A DNA stretch of 63,930 bases, filler included, from Squatina squatina (GCA_031763465.1; 4 parts of 4 records of this genome joined end to end with filler, not necessarily neighbours in it), one strand, 5' to 3'; numbered from the whole stretch's first letter, positions 10,821-24,062 are shown. A program made the numbers and translations. The notes: a model not told the origin generated them from the sequence alone.

Positions 10821-11385
10821 ATCGCTTATTCTTTTCTGCTAGCTTATAGATTCATAGAATGGATTTTCTTTTTTTCCTATTTTCCCCCCTCCCCACCTGA
10901 CACTCTTTTTTCTTGGCGCTTGGCCTCCCACAGACACAAACTACAAGACCGACCCTTCATTACCTTAAGCTTCAAACGGACATTAGTGTCACCATTCACT
11001 CACTCACTAAACCATATCACACAAACCACCAAATCACTCACGCACACAAATCACTCAGACGCTCCCCAAAACACTGACTCTCTCACTGCCTGACCATTCC
11101 AAGAGGGTTGGAAAACCCTGGCCCGGCAGCTTATAGAAGGCTAAAGCCCAGAACCAATCCTCGTCAGCTTTGTCCACTTCAGACCAGAAAAAGATGTGGC
11201 CATTCCACATGTGGATAAAAGCAGCTAGTGACTCCGATTTGACCAGTGGGCCAACCCAGCAGTAGAATGGACTGCAAGGAAATTAGACAAGGAAAGCGCG
11301 AGAAAGAGTGAACGAGAGAGAGAGCATGGATGTCATTAACTACTCAAAATATTAGCTTTTAGTAATCACACCAAAATAACCATTG

Positions 11386-11815
11386 CGTCAGCTTGGCTCA
11401 GTGGTAATAAGTTTTCCTCTGAGAAAAAAGATTATGGGTTCAAGCCAACTATAGACTTCAGCACATAATCGAGGTTGACACTCCTGAGCAAGACTGGGGG
11501 AAAGCTGCATTGTTGGCGGTACTTTTGGGTGAGATGTTAAACCTAGGCTAAACCTGCCTGATGTAAGTGATCCCATGCCACCATTTAAAAAAGAACAAGG
11601 AGTTCTTCTGATATCCTACCCAACATTCTTTCCGCAAACACCACAAAAAAGCAGATTGCTCATTCATTCATTTGATGTTTGTGGGACCTTGTTGTGTGCA
11701 AATTGGCTGCTGTATTTGCCGACATAATATGGGTGACTACACTTCAAAAATAATCCATTGGTTGTCAAGTGCTTTGAGAATGTGATAAGGTGTTATATAA
11801 ATGCAACTGTTCCTT
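11386..11815 (+). mobile_element. Deu-domain SINE (AmnSINE1/SacSINE1-like), near full length
   Basis: tRNA-like head (tggctcagtgg...gggttcaagcc), Deu core gtggga..ttg.tgtg..caaattggctgc...gtgactacacttcaaaa, and L2-type tail tatataaatgcaa. Confidence 0.75.
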
Positions 11816-11919
11816 TCAAGTCCAGTAGACAAACTGGCCTTGATATTTAAGGGGAGGGTGCAGGGGAGGCTGAAAGTAGCGTAGCATATCAAGATATGAG
11901 AGAGAGTTAGGACAGTAGA

Positions 11920-12600
11920 GGATGTTCAACTACTACAAGCAGATCTAGACTGGGTTTAACTTAGAAAAAAATGTAGAGTTATGCATGTGGAAAAATAAAA
12001 TGCTAAACATACAGACATCCTACTGGGCTAAGAATTAAAGCCAGTGATGAAAAAGAGAGATCTGGGTGTTTTAATGCAATTTCTAAAGGTTGATGACCAA
12101 TGCCATGCAGCTATAGCTAAAGCAAACAGGGTCTAGGGTGTACTCAGGCTAACTTACTATAAAACAAAGCATATCATTTTGTTCTTGTACAAGACCTTGG
12201 TTAGACCTCAGTTAGATACTGTGTCTAGTTTTGGTCTCCTCACATGGTGGAGCATATCGAGGCTTTGGAAAGGGCGCAGATTAATTCCCAGTTAAAAGCA
12301 CCGTAGTTATCCAGATAGGCTCAATGTGCTCAACTATATTTTAGAGAAACATAGACTTAGGGTTGATTTAATTGAGGTTTATAAAATAATGAAGGGACTA
12401 GACTATGTTTGTGTAGACCAAGGGTCATGATTACAAGTTTTGTAAGTGCAGAACCAGGTTGGATGATGGATGGCTCTTCCTTTACCAGAGAATAATGAGC
12501 CTGTGGAACAGGTTGTCACTTCATATGGTGAACACTGATTCGCTGAATTCCTGCAAGCAAGAGCTGGACATATTTATGGCCGGGGCAAAGGTCACATCAT
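11920..12600 (+). mobile_element. Old CR1-type LINE RT fragment
   Basis: Frameshifted motifs ERDLGV, LYKTLVRPQL.YCV.FWSP and RLRVDLIEVYKIMKGLD. Confidence 0.75.
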
Positions 12601-13207
12601 ACAAAAGGTAGATATCCAATAATGTAAATCAGGTCCACTCTGACTTCCTGGTATAATTTTGATCGGTGGTCGGGTCGAATTTTCTAGATTTTTTTCTGTC
12701 TCCCTTCTCTTTCCTCTTCCTTCCTAATTGGCCTGTTTTTTTGCCTTTTACAGAAGATTACGTGGCTCCGTGTGAGTGGGGTGTATGTATGCACAAGGCC
12801 TCACAACTGTGTGGGACAGACTGGATGGACCAGCAGGTCTTCTCCTGTCCATAATTTTTGTATGTTAATGGGAGGAGCCGGCTCACAGACTTCAGCCTCC
12901 TGGAATTCAAATGAAGCGTGTCAATATAAAGGTAACTGAAGTGTTACCAATGCCTAAGTGGCATGCTGCCATGGGAATTACATGCAACAAATCATAACAC
13001 ACATTCAATGGACCGACATGAAGGCGGCATTAAATAAATTGGCACATTGTTAAGTCACCAATTTACTATATATACTATAATTAACTACTATACAGTTAAA
13101 TGAAGAACAAATAACTTCATACTATAATTTTATACCCAGAAAAACCTTCTTTGACAACACCAAAATAATAATAGATTATTTTCATAATCTTCAATCAGCT
13201 TGATCCA

Positions 13208-14278
13208 AAAAGCATTTGGTAAAGTGCCATATAATAGGCTTGTCAGCAAAGTTGAAGCCCATGGAATAAAAGGGAGAGTATGGAGACGAAATTAAGTGTC
13301 AGGAAACAGAGTAGTGGTGAATGGTTGTTTTTTGGACTGGTGTTCCCCAGGGGTCGGTACTGGACCATTCCTTCTTTTTGATATATATTAATGACTTAGA
13401 CTTGGGTGTTCTGGGCACAATTTCAAAATTTGCAGCTGACACAAAACTTGGAAGTATAGTGGACAGTGAGGAGGATAGTGATAGACTTCAGGAGGATGTT
13501 GACAGGCTGGTGGAATGGGCAGACATGTGGCAGATGAAATTTAATGCAGAAAGGTGTGAAGTGATACATTTTGGCATGAAGAACGAGAAAAAGGCAATAT
13601 AAATTAAGGTGCATGAACAGAGAGACCTGGGGGTATATGTGCACAAATCATTGAAGGTGGCAGTGCAGGTTGAGAAAGCAGATAAAAAAAACATACGGGA
13701 TACATAAATAGAGGCATAGAGTACAAAAGCAAGGAAGTTATGATGAACCTTTATAAAACACTGGTTTGGCCACAACTGGAGTGTTATGTCCAATTCTGGG
13801 CACCGTACTTTAGGAAGGATGTGAAGGCCTTGAGCTACATGGATAGACTGGAGAAGCTGGGGTTGTACTACTTCGAGCAGAGAAGGTTGAGAGGGGATTT
13901 GATGGAAGAGTTCAAATTCCTAAGGGGTCTAGACAGAGTAGATAGAGAAACTGTTCCCATTGGCAGAAAGGTCAAGAAGCAGAGGACACAGATTAAAGGG
14001 GATTGGCAAAAGAACCAAAGGCGATAAGAATTTTTTTTTTTTTAAACGTAGCGAGTGGTTAGAATCTGGAATGCACTGCCTGAAAGGGTGGTGCAGGGAG
14101 GCAGATTCAATCGTGGCTTTCAAAAGGGAATTGGATAAAGTACCTGCAGGAAAACATTTGCAGGGTTACGGACAAAGGGCGGGGGAGTTGGACTAGCTGG
14201 GGTGCTCTTCCAGAGCAGGCATGGGCTCGAAGGGCCGAATGGCCTCCTTCTGTGCTGTAACCATTCTATGATTCTATG
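13208..14278 (+). mobile_element. CR1-type LINE, RT domain to 3' end (decayed)
   Basis: GVPQGSVL, IYINDLD, KFAADTKL, WQMKFNA, LYKTLV.PQLE and RRLRGDL motifs, ending in an attctatgattctatg tail. Confidence 0.92.
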
Positions 14279-14565
14279 AGCAACACTTTGCTTTCTTTGA
14301 GATGGAACAAATCATTGCAGAAATGTAAACATGTAATTAAATATACTCAGGAACTCCCAATAAGCAGGTTATTACTGTAAAGCGAATACAGACAGGGAAA
14401 AGCTTTCTGGAATCTTGTGCTGTAGATATGGAACGTGATTTATTCTATGCTGTTTCGTTCAATGATGACATTATTTTTGTAAATTTGTTCTTCAGATTTG
14501 GGTGGTGCACCCTTTCCCTAACAGTATAAATATTCAACCAAATAGTGTGGGACTGGAGAGACGTT

Positions 14566-15268
14566 GGCCCTGAAATCGCAGTCCCAACGGGTGCGTACGA
14601 GGTGCGCAAGCTCTGAGCTTAGGGCTGTTAAGTGCGTGCGCCTAAACTCGTAAGTTGCGATCAGTCAAGATTTCCCTTGACAGATTGCAACACCCCCCCG
14701 GAAGAGGGGCCTCCGCTCTTGCCCAGCGAAGGCCCTTCAAATTGTTACGCTGATAAAAGCAGGTGTACAGGCCTGCTTTTAGCAGTATAAGTGCTTTAAA
14801 AAATTGAAAAATAGAATTGAACCACTTCTTTATTCATTAAAAACCCGGCCCAATAAGGTAGGTATTTCTTTAGTCACTTTAAAATGTTTTTAAAAAGTTT
14901 CAAAAAAATAATTTTTGTGTATAATATTTAATTATACAGCATTTTAATTAATTTTAATATTTGAGCTGTTTTAAAAAAAAGAGCTTGTGGGTTTTCGGTA
15001 TTTCCATTCATACTTCTGTTGATCTGCGTATATTTGGAGATCAGCAGAATTATGAATGGGGAGACGCCTACCTTGATTGGTTGAGGCCTCCCACTTGATC
15101 CTAGCAGTGTCTGCGAACCACATATGCTGTGAGGATACCTGGGCCTCTACGTTGGCGTTCGCACAGAGGCCCAGGAACACAAGGCTGCGAACCTACCAGG
15201 TACTCTTGGAGAAATCTTTCTGGTGGAGGCCTGCGCCAGGGAAAAGCTCCAACCGGAATTTCAGGGCC
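14566..15268. mobile_element. Non-autonomous DNA transposon (MITE, PIF/Harbinger-like ends)
   Basis: Perfect 11-bp terminal inverted repeats GGCCCTGAAAT (14566) and ATTTCAGGGCC (15258), GC-rich arms around an AT-rich centre, no transposase. A similar end occurs near 18269-18279. Confidence 0.65.
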
Positions 15269-15406
15269 ATTACATCAGACTGGCCAAAGGTGGCATATTC
15301 CTTTCCCTGAAGGACATTAATGAATTAGTTGGATGTCTACAACAATCCTGCAACTTTCACAGCCCACAAATGACTGGATTTATTGAATTCAATTACACAA
15401 TTCTCT

Positions 15407-16022
15407 ACCACAGAAGGCAGTTGAGGCCAAATCATTAAATATATTCAAGAATGAGTTAGATGTAGCGTTGAGGGCTAAAGGGATCAAGGTGATATGGGGA
15501 GAAAGCAGGAACAGGATACTGAATTTGGATGATCAGCCATGATCATATTGAATTGCGGAGCCGGCTCGATGGGCCGAATGGCCTACTCCTGTTCCTATTT
15601 TCTATGTAACCCCGAATCTCAGGAATCAACCTAGTGAACCTTCTCTGAACTGCCTCCAATGCAAGTATATCCCTCCTTAAACAAATCTGTACGTAGTAGT
15701 CCAGGTGTGGTCTCACCAGCGCCCTGTACAGTTGTAGCAAGACTTCCCTACTTGTATACTGCATCCCCCTTGCAATAAAGGCCAACGTTCCATTGGCCTT
15801 CCTAATTACTTGCTGTACCTGCATGCTCACTTTTTGTGTTTCATGTACGAGGACACCCAATCCCTCTGTATCGCAGCAATCTGTAGTCTCTCTCCATTTA
15901 AATATTCTTTTGCTTTTCTATTCTTCCTACCAAAGTGGATAAGCTCATATTTTCCCACATTATACTCCATCTGCCAAATTTTTGCCCACTCGCTTAACCT
16001 ATCTAAATCCCTTTGCAGACTC
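15407..16022. mobile_element. Two CR1 fragments in opposite orientation
   Basis: A plus-strand 3' end (15407-15608) abuts a minus-strand RT fragment (QLYRALVRPHLDY..., ORF 15543..15860). Confidence 0.85.
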
Positions 16023-16024
16023 TA

Positions 16025-16506
16025 TGGGCGGCCAATTTGTGGTCAAACCTCTAGCATGAAATTGGCACGAAACTGGCGTTAGACCACTTTTAGCTCTAAA
16101 ACGCGGGTGCAAAATTCGGGTGCCATTTGCGCCGGTGCTAAACGGGCGCAAAGCCCATAACGCTCGAGGCACTGGCGTTAGTCTAAACGCGGCGCTGTGA
16201 CGTCATCAGTGCGCACACGGCCCAAAATGGCCGCCCGTCCAGAATTGCACAGTGTCACTGTGCACTAAATCCGGCGGTGACAACGCCTGCTTTTTTCAGC
16301 GATGACACGGGCCTCACCAAAGAGAATCCAGCGCTAGCGGCAGGAGTCAGAATAGGCACCATTTTATTTTCGCTTTGCGGGTCCGTGACGCCCGCATCAC
16401 ATGACTCAGCATTTTAAAAGCCTCACTCTGAGCCTCTGCTTGCCTGTCTTTGGCTTCTCATCTGCTGGGGGCAGCAGACATTTATCGGGCCAGGTCGCCA
16501 TGGGTG
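16025..16506. repeat. GC/CpG-rich interspersed repeat, probably DNA-transposon derived
   Basis: CpG-rich non-coding block with aaaatggccgcc and tgacgtca motifs, resembling 32316-32709, 59427-59840 and 63290-63930. Confidence 0.45.
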
Positions 16507-16798
16507 NNNNNNNNNNNNNNNNNNNNNNNNNNNNNNNNNNNNNNNNNNNNNNNNNNNNNNNNNNNNNNNNNNNNNNNNNNNNNNNNNNNNNNNNNNNNNN
16601 NNNNNNTACTGCTAGTTTTAAAAATGTTCCATAGTGAAAGATCCTGAATTCTGGAATGAGATCATTGTCCCTAGATTCTGTGCCCCACATTAACATCTAA
16701 ATACCAGTTTGCTTCTAAATGTTAATCCTTAAACTCTGGAGGTGGGATGTTGTGCGATGATGTAGCATTCTCATTATTCATTCTTTTGTTTTGTTTAG

Positions 16799-16907
16799 GC
16801 TATTCACTGCTTTGAGGCGGTAATCAAGAAGTGTGAGGGAAAAGTTGACCCTGAATTGTTTTGCCAGCTTGGTCATTTCAACCTCTTGTTGGAGGATTAT
16901 CCAAAAG
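16799..16907 (+). CDS. KDM6A: KDM6A coding exon 3 (TPR region)
   Basis: 109-nt AG..GT exon encoding [36 protein letters not shown]. Phase fits exon 2. Confidence 0.95.
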
Positions 16908-17766
16908 GTAAGCAATATTCTTTCCTGTATTTACACTTATGCCAATTTATTTTTTAATTGCAAAATGAAAGCCTTGTTCAGGACAATAGGCATTATTCCT
17001 ATAGGTGACAGATGTTGCAGGATGTTAAAATTATGTTACTCTAAGGCATTGGGCAAAATGCCAAATGGTAGAGGGTGCACTACCATAATGTTTAAGGGTA
17101 ATTTTGGATGTTGTGTTTATCACTGGGAATTTTGCCAAAATAAATGGATGAAAGTTGTCTNNNNNNNNNNNNNNNNNNNNNNNNNNNNNNNNNNNNNNNN
17201 NNNNNNNNNNNNNNNNNNNNNNNNNNNNNNNNNNNNNNNNNNNNNNNNNNNNNNNNNNNNCAACCCAAGATTGTAATGACTGCTTTCTGGCATGTTGTGT
17301 AGTGCATTATGGGATTATGGAACTATAGTTGTGTTGAACTAGCTTCAGTGATTGTGAAACGTTCGTCTGGTAAGAACACAGCTCTGATCATGGTTATAAC
17401 GCAACTCATGCGCCTGCTCATGCGCCTGCTCATTACAACAAACAGAGCCCATCAGAGGGAGTGGGGACACCGCAGCTTTAATAATAGTACTTGTGCCTAT
17501 ATTTTCTTTGTTTATGAAAACCTGCTTTTAGACTTTATCGGGCAAAAAAACTATTGATGCATGTTTGTGGTCAAGAGGTTGCTCACCTTGATTATCCTGT
17601 TTTGCCTCGTTTGGTGTTCATCAAAAATTGAGCACTCCAGCTCCTTTAACTACTATTGTTACAGAATTTATATTCGAAACAAGCGCACTTATTTTATCCT
17701 GCTTATTATTCATGGGAGACACATTTGTGTGAAGTATGTGTCTCCTTTTAAATAAATCTGAGATGA

Positions 17767-17985
<219 letters not shown>

Positions 17986-20045
17986 TAAGTTCCNNNNNNN
18001 NNNNNNNNNNNNNNNNNNNNNNNNNNNNNNNNNNNNNNNNNNNNNNNNNNNNNNNNNNNNNNNNNNNNNNNNNNNNNNNNNNNNNNNNNNNNNATGCGAC
18101 CTCTCCACCGGCTTCTCTGGATGTACCCGGGAATGGGAAGAGCTGCGCTGCCCATGGACATCTGTGGGGGAAGAAAATCACAAGCTCGTGTGGATTGAGG
18201 ACTGTCAGGTAAATTCGTAGACATTTTTGTGATCGGAGACCTCTGCATGCAGGAAGCCTCCGAGTGCAAATTCAGGGCCATTATAATGAGGCTGCCTGCC
18301 TTCATTTTAACCATGATTTTATTTTTAACCACAGACGGTCAGGTTTCCCAGACTTAAAGATGGTGAGAAGGGCTGAATCCATGCCGTAAGTGCCTTTACA
18401 GCACTGTTGTGGGTCAGGAAAAGCAGGAGTCTTTCCTCCTGGCCAAATAAGCTCCCCAGTAAAACTCATGCTGGCGAGCTGTATGCTTCCCCTCCACCAA
18501 CCACCTGCCCCACCCCCAACCCCACCCATCCTGACCACCATTGGACCACTCAGTGATCATCGAGCCACCCCCAACCACCATCAGACTCCACCCCGCCCGC
18601 CCCCCACCTCCCCAATGTTGGGGAATGGACGCTCCTGTAGGGTCAGGGATCAGACCTGCCCCTGGGGTCAAGGATGAGACTCCCCTGGGAACAAACTTCT
18701 GGGTTTACCGCTTTCTACTGGACTCCCCCATGCTCGGCGGATCAAAACTTAAAATTCTGGGCTTAGTTTCCCTTTTTTGAGATAAATCCTTACAGGGGAT
18801 GGAGCACGAACTCTGCTGTAATATTGGAGTAGTAGCAAAACCCCAGTAACTTAACAATCTTCATGGATCTTTACCGAAGCAGTGAGCTAAATCTCATTAC
18901 AGTATGAATTTCTTTGGAAAATTTGATCTCTTTGGTACAATTCGAAGTAGTATTGTTTTGAGAGTTTTTTTTTAAAATGTTCCCAAGAGAACTTGAGAAA
19001 TCTCTGACTCTGAGCCAAGTTCAATCAGTAGGCAGATGTTGTACGTTTAACGATGCATCGTAAAAAATCTCAAGGTGTCCAAAGCAATGAAACTATAATT
19101 TAGACCACTGAAAATAAAAATAATTCAAACCTTAATTTCATAAACTTCCAGAGTCTCAGCCCTTGTGTGCACTTCACATTCATTGATATCAAAACATATG
19201 GACCTGTAACAGCCCCTGGTTGCACAATGCAAAGAAAGGTTTTGGTGATTTACTTCACACTTAAGCAATGGTTCATGTTCATCTGGTGTTTATGACTGAC
19301 TGTTTCATATTAAAATTGGGACTGCAAACATTGTACTGCCGAGCTATCATTTTACCCTCATTCTTCCTCCTTTAGAAGAAAGTACCTTCTGTCTGGCACT
19401 ACCTCACGAAGGTCCTAATTTGTGTCTCATTGTAGGAAAAAGCCTGCAGCCCTTGTGTTCTATCACTCCATTACACAGCTTATTAGTGGGCCAGCACTAG
19501 TGCCATTAAGTTGCAGAGGCTCTCTTAATTTTGACTGTTTTGAACTTGTATTATATTGTTTGGCTCTATTTGAATCATTGCTGTTGAAAATGTTCAGTTA
19601 AATAATCAGAAGAAAAACATATCTGTGTTAATCTCATTTTACTTGGTCCAGAACTGTATTAATCTCTTCCTTTCATCTTCTAATTTATCTATTAACTGCT
19701 GGCTCATGCTCCATCTTGGGCTACATGCAGAATACAATGATGGACCCTAAATATGTTGCGAATTCCTGTTTTGCCCACGAGTCCCCTCCCCCTTATTCCA
19801 TGTTTTCTGTGGAACCTGGCTTTCTGGTCTGTGCAATTGATGTTGTCATTTCCTTGGTCTCTTTGTGACAGCAGTATTCAGAAAGCATCTTTCACTCCAG
19901 TTTATGCGTGGTTCCAGCCCCAAGAACGAAAGTTGTAAAAGTTTTAGTTGCCAAGAGCTTTAGGGTTGTTTCAATTGAAACTTGCTTTAGACAGTTTTTC
20001 TCTTTTCTCTCCTGCACCCCCACCCCCCCACCCCACCAACTGCAG

Positions 20046-20139
20046 AGAAAGTACCGTGCTGCAAAGGAAGCCTATGAACAACTTTTGCAAACAGAGAATC
20101 TTTCTGCACAAGTGAAAGCAAATATACTGCAGCAGCTAG
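20046..20139 (+). CDS. KDM6A: KDM6A internal TPR exon (human exon 9 equivalent)
   Basis: 94-nt AG..GT exon encoding [31 protein letters not shown](G). The JmjC exons are not in this window. Confidence 0.95.
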
Positions 20140-22632
20140 GTAAGTGTTTCAGGCACTTTTTTCAAATCCCTTTTGTAATTGCAAATTCAATTTCTGTTAT
20201 GTTCTAAGTATTAAGAATGTGTTGAAACTCAAAAGGTTGCATGTTGACAGTAATGTGTTTTTCACTCCAGTTGCAAATAATTAAAACTGATCGGAATTAA
20301 ATTAAGATATTTTGCATATGACTTGCTGCAATAGAACTTGTATTTTAAGGATCTAGTTTTAGTTACTAACATTTGAGATTTTTATTTATTGTCCTGCCAG
20401 TTGTTGGACCCATTACATTCACAAGGCTGATTTTCTTAGAGATGTTCTTAAAATTTCCATTTAAGGGGTTAAAGGTGTGAATTATGAAGTAGCGTCAGTC
20501 AAAATGAATGCAGTGTTTAGTGCAGTAATATGTATTTCTCTCTTCTAGGAGAGCTGTGCCATCAGAACCATTTTGTAGCCCTTTCCCTGGGCCTCTATAT
20601 GACTATATCTGTCCTGTTCCACAGCCTTAAATTACAATGAAGTGATTTACAACCTGACCTAGCTAAGCTACACATACCAGTTACATATAGTTTAGGAGGA
20701 ACCAAATAAAATGTTTACTTTTCAGGCAGTTATACTTTCCTTCATTCTAAATAGTTTTTATGGATATAATTAACTTTATGCTTTATTTAAAAGTTGAATA
20801 CATTTTAGAATCTAAATACCAGAGTTTGAAATCTTTATCCTCTAAAAAGAATGTGTGCATGTATATAGGAAGGCCTTTTGCTTTTCTATGATAATAATCC
20901 TCTACTAATCATGTTTTCAATAATCTCTTACTGCTGATTTATACCTTGGAGGACTTCAGTTAGCATTACTGCACCCAAATGTTGGAATTATTAGTTCATT
21001 TTAAGATTATGTACAAGTTTTCTAAATTTGACATTTAATATTACAAATGTACTGAAAATTAGCTATGTNNNNNNNNNNNNNNNNNNNNNNNNNNNNNNNN
21101 NNNNNNNNNNNNNNNNNNNNNNNNNNNNNNNNNNNNNNNNNNNNNNNNNNNNNNNNNNNNNNNNNNNNCTCTTGTAGCCACAGTGTTTATGTGACTGGTT
21201 CAGTTAAGTTTCTGGTCAATGTTGACCCCCAGGATGTTGATGGTGTGGGATTCAACAATGGTAATGCCGTTGCTCCTCCCGATCACTTCTCTCCCTACCA
21301 ATCACCTTCCCCCTTCCTGATCACATACCCTTCTCACTCACCTCCCCCTCCCAATCACTTCTTCCGAACCCCTCCCAAATGGTCAAATGAGATGCTGAGT
21401 TTTATAGCACCATAAATATCTGGTAAAAGCAATTGATTTTTTTTTATGGAAAGGAAGATGTGCACACAAGTATTAAAATGTCTATTCTACGTGTCCATTT
21501 CTTGAACATCTCAAACATCAAGGATATGGTCACCTTTTTGTAAGATGTATCGTGATGTGCTGACAACCAATGTTTGTCACAGGAACATGTTCTGGGAACA
21601 TTTGATTTAGTTTTGAAGTATGCTGTTCATTATATTTTCTTTCTGTGCCATTATAAGCAGGAAACATGAAAATCACACTTTGTGTGAAAATAAATGATTC
21701 TGGATATAGCTTCACAAATGTTGGTCTTAAATTAAGTATGTTAAATGTTCAGCTTCCTTCAGCTACAATACTAGTAAACAAATAATTTTCATTTTAAATT
21801 TAACCTAACTACTGCAATTTACATTGCCATGTGCCTTAAAATCTCCTTGCACTGAAAGTAAATTCTAATGTAACTATTTTAAAAGTGTCACCAGACATGC
21901 TTAACTCTTTGGGCACAAGTTGTGGATTGATTACAGTTTCCATTAGCTGGGAACTAATCACACCAGAGTGATGTCCTGTCATAAATCTATTCACATTGCT
22001 TTTGGAGCTGTTTTGCTGCCACGTTGCTATGGCAATTCCATTGTTGACTTCTAACCACAGGTGCTAAAAATGCTGGCTTCTTATTGAAGCTGTATCTTCC
22101 AAAGGAACTTGGGAAACATTTTATGTCTGGTTGTTGCCTCTGTTCCCTACCCACTGTGCTTTAAAGCCTAGTTCACAAGACGGGTTGTTTATATTAAAGT
22201 GATGCCTTTAAGCAACCAACTGCAAGTGTACAAAGTCTTCATAGTATTCTTCCATGTTCTGTTCATGTAAAATTAAATAGCTTTGCATCTTGTCTTCATA
22301 GGCTTTCTACATTGTAAATTATCTAAGGTCAGCTGAGCTCTTAAAAACTGTAACCTTGAATCAGATCCTTGCAGTAAGATGCACTTTTTCCAAGTAGCAT
22401 ATGTGTCAATGCAACAAGATTTAAAGTTCTGGATAGATAGATTTCTTCTTTGTCTGCTCACTGTGTGCATTATAATGTAAAAGTTTAATGTCCAAAGGCT
22501 TCTAGGATTTTTAAGAGATTATATCAATTGAAAGCCAAAGCAAGTGGTACATTTTCATTATTGGTTTCCTAATGGTGATATTGTATTGGTATGATTTAGA
22601 TCTTGGGTTATACTGAAATGGCCATAGTATGG

Positions 22633-22732
22633 NNNNNNNNNNNNNNNNNNNNNNNNNNNNNNNNNNNNNNNNNNNNTTAATTAATTAANNNNNNNNNNNN
22701 NNNNNNNNNNNNNNNNNNNNNNNNNNNNNNNN
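22633..22732. other. Artificial scaffold-concatenation linker (N44-TTAATTAATTAA-N44)
   Basis: Palindromic six-frame-stop 12-mer at 22677-22688 inside exactly 100 nt. Gene content changes across it. Confidence 0.95.
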
Positions 22733-22852
22733 CAGTATATTATTATAACCCCTCGCTTTAACCCAGTTACAATCTCAGTGCAATATGTGTAACATTCCAA
22801 TTCTTTTTAAACCAGATTGAGTTGATTAGTTTTGAAACAAATGATATTGCAG

Positions 22853-22976
22853 GTATCGAAGCGTGCCCAGGAAGTGGGACTCGTATTTACAACGAGAAAA
22901 GATTCCCTTGCGAATTCTGTGGCCGCACATTTGCCCGTGGTTTTGATTGGGAGCGTCACATTCAGAGGCATGGCAT
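22853..22976 (+). CDS. ZNF462: ZNF462-like C2H2 zinc-finger protein, penultimate coding exon
   Basis: 124-nt AG..GT exon encoding IEACPGSGTRIYNEKRFPCEFCGRTFARGFDWERHIQRHG(M), a C2H2 finger resembling the recalled last ZNF462 finger EKRFPCEFCGRAFSQGSEWERHVLRHGM. Orthologue versus paralogue is unresolved. Confidence 0.78.
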
Positions 22977-23087
22977 GTAAGAACGATTTTACTCAAGGAA
23001 TGATTGGTTTAAATAAGCACAAGCATTGAATAGTCATCTACTTTTCCTGTAATGTTTCACAATTTTTTTAAATATTTTTTTAAACAG

Positions 23088-23325
23088 GGCTCTAAATGAG
23101 AGCAACCATCAAAAACTTGAAAACAGTCCAGCAACAGAAAATGCCAGTGAAGAGAATAACACTACACCTTCAAGAGTGGGAGAGCAACTAGATTCTGCTG
23201 ACAACTTGGAGACCGAAGTCTCTTACCAGGACATGCCATCCTGTCCAATCCCTGTAGCATTAATAAAGGAAAACTCCCAGGATCTAGATACTGAGACCAA
23301 AAATAGAGAGTCTGAGCTATGTTAG
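23088..23325 (+). CDS. ZNF462: ZNF462-like, last coding exon
   Basis: Follows a 111-nt GT-AG intron in compatible phase: (M)ALNESNHQKLENSPATEN...DTETKNRESELC*. The GMALN junction matches ZNF462. Stop TAG at 23323-23325. Confidence 0.75.
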
Positions 23326-24062
23326 TATACTTGAAGCATTGTACAAGTTCCTTCCCCCACCCCACCCATCCGCGCGCCCCCCCATGTTCTCCACTCCTCG
23401 CCTAGCCCTTCAGTACCTCACCCAAGTGTCTGTTCTTCATGTGTGAGGCTGAGCGGTAAGCTTGGGCCGACTATTGGACGCACAGCTGAGACCAGACCTG
23501 CCATCAATATCTCCACACGCAAGGGCACTGGAATGTGATCGAGAGCCGGAACCCATGCCAATTTTTACCTCTCCCTGGTCTGAGGCTAATTGTGGAACCT
23601 CCTACTGCCACTTAGGCGAAATCAGCTAACTCAGAAGGGATTAATCCTGGCATTCTTATTGGAGGAGGCAACACTCCTGCTTTTTGTCCCTTTCCCCATT
23701 CTTTCCATACCATACACCATGGTATGCCCAACCAATCCTTCCTGTTTATCCCATACCGTGTCTAAAGCAAACACTGGGAGCAAAGGATGGAGAAACGCTA
23801 ACATCACTTATTCTGAGGAGCAAAGATTCAACAAAGGATTTTTTTTTAATAAAAAGAATACGTTACTGACCTGATCTGGTTGTGGTGTACTTTGATTGGA
23901 ATTCCGGAGTCTGGTTAGCAACAGAACAGAAACAGTACATAAATATAAAGTATCAGAGATAGAGATCAGGCTTAAAGCATATATATTCCAAGGAAACAAA
24001 AATCAGTAAACATTTTCCAAAAGCAAGCCTGACATACTCCACCTCACGCACATCACTTCAAG

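Noticed and set aside
11390-11450. tRNA gene
   Set aside because: The A/B-box-like sequence is a degenerate SINE head and does not form a cloverleaf.
22677-22688. TTAATTAATTAA as a homeobox site or piggyBac footprint
   Set aside because: It recurs three times with identical N44 flanks, so it is an assembly linker.
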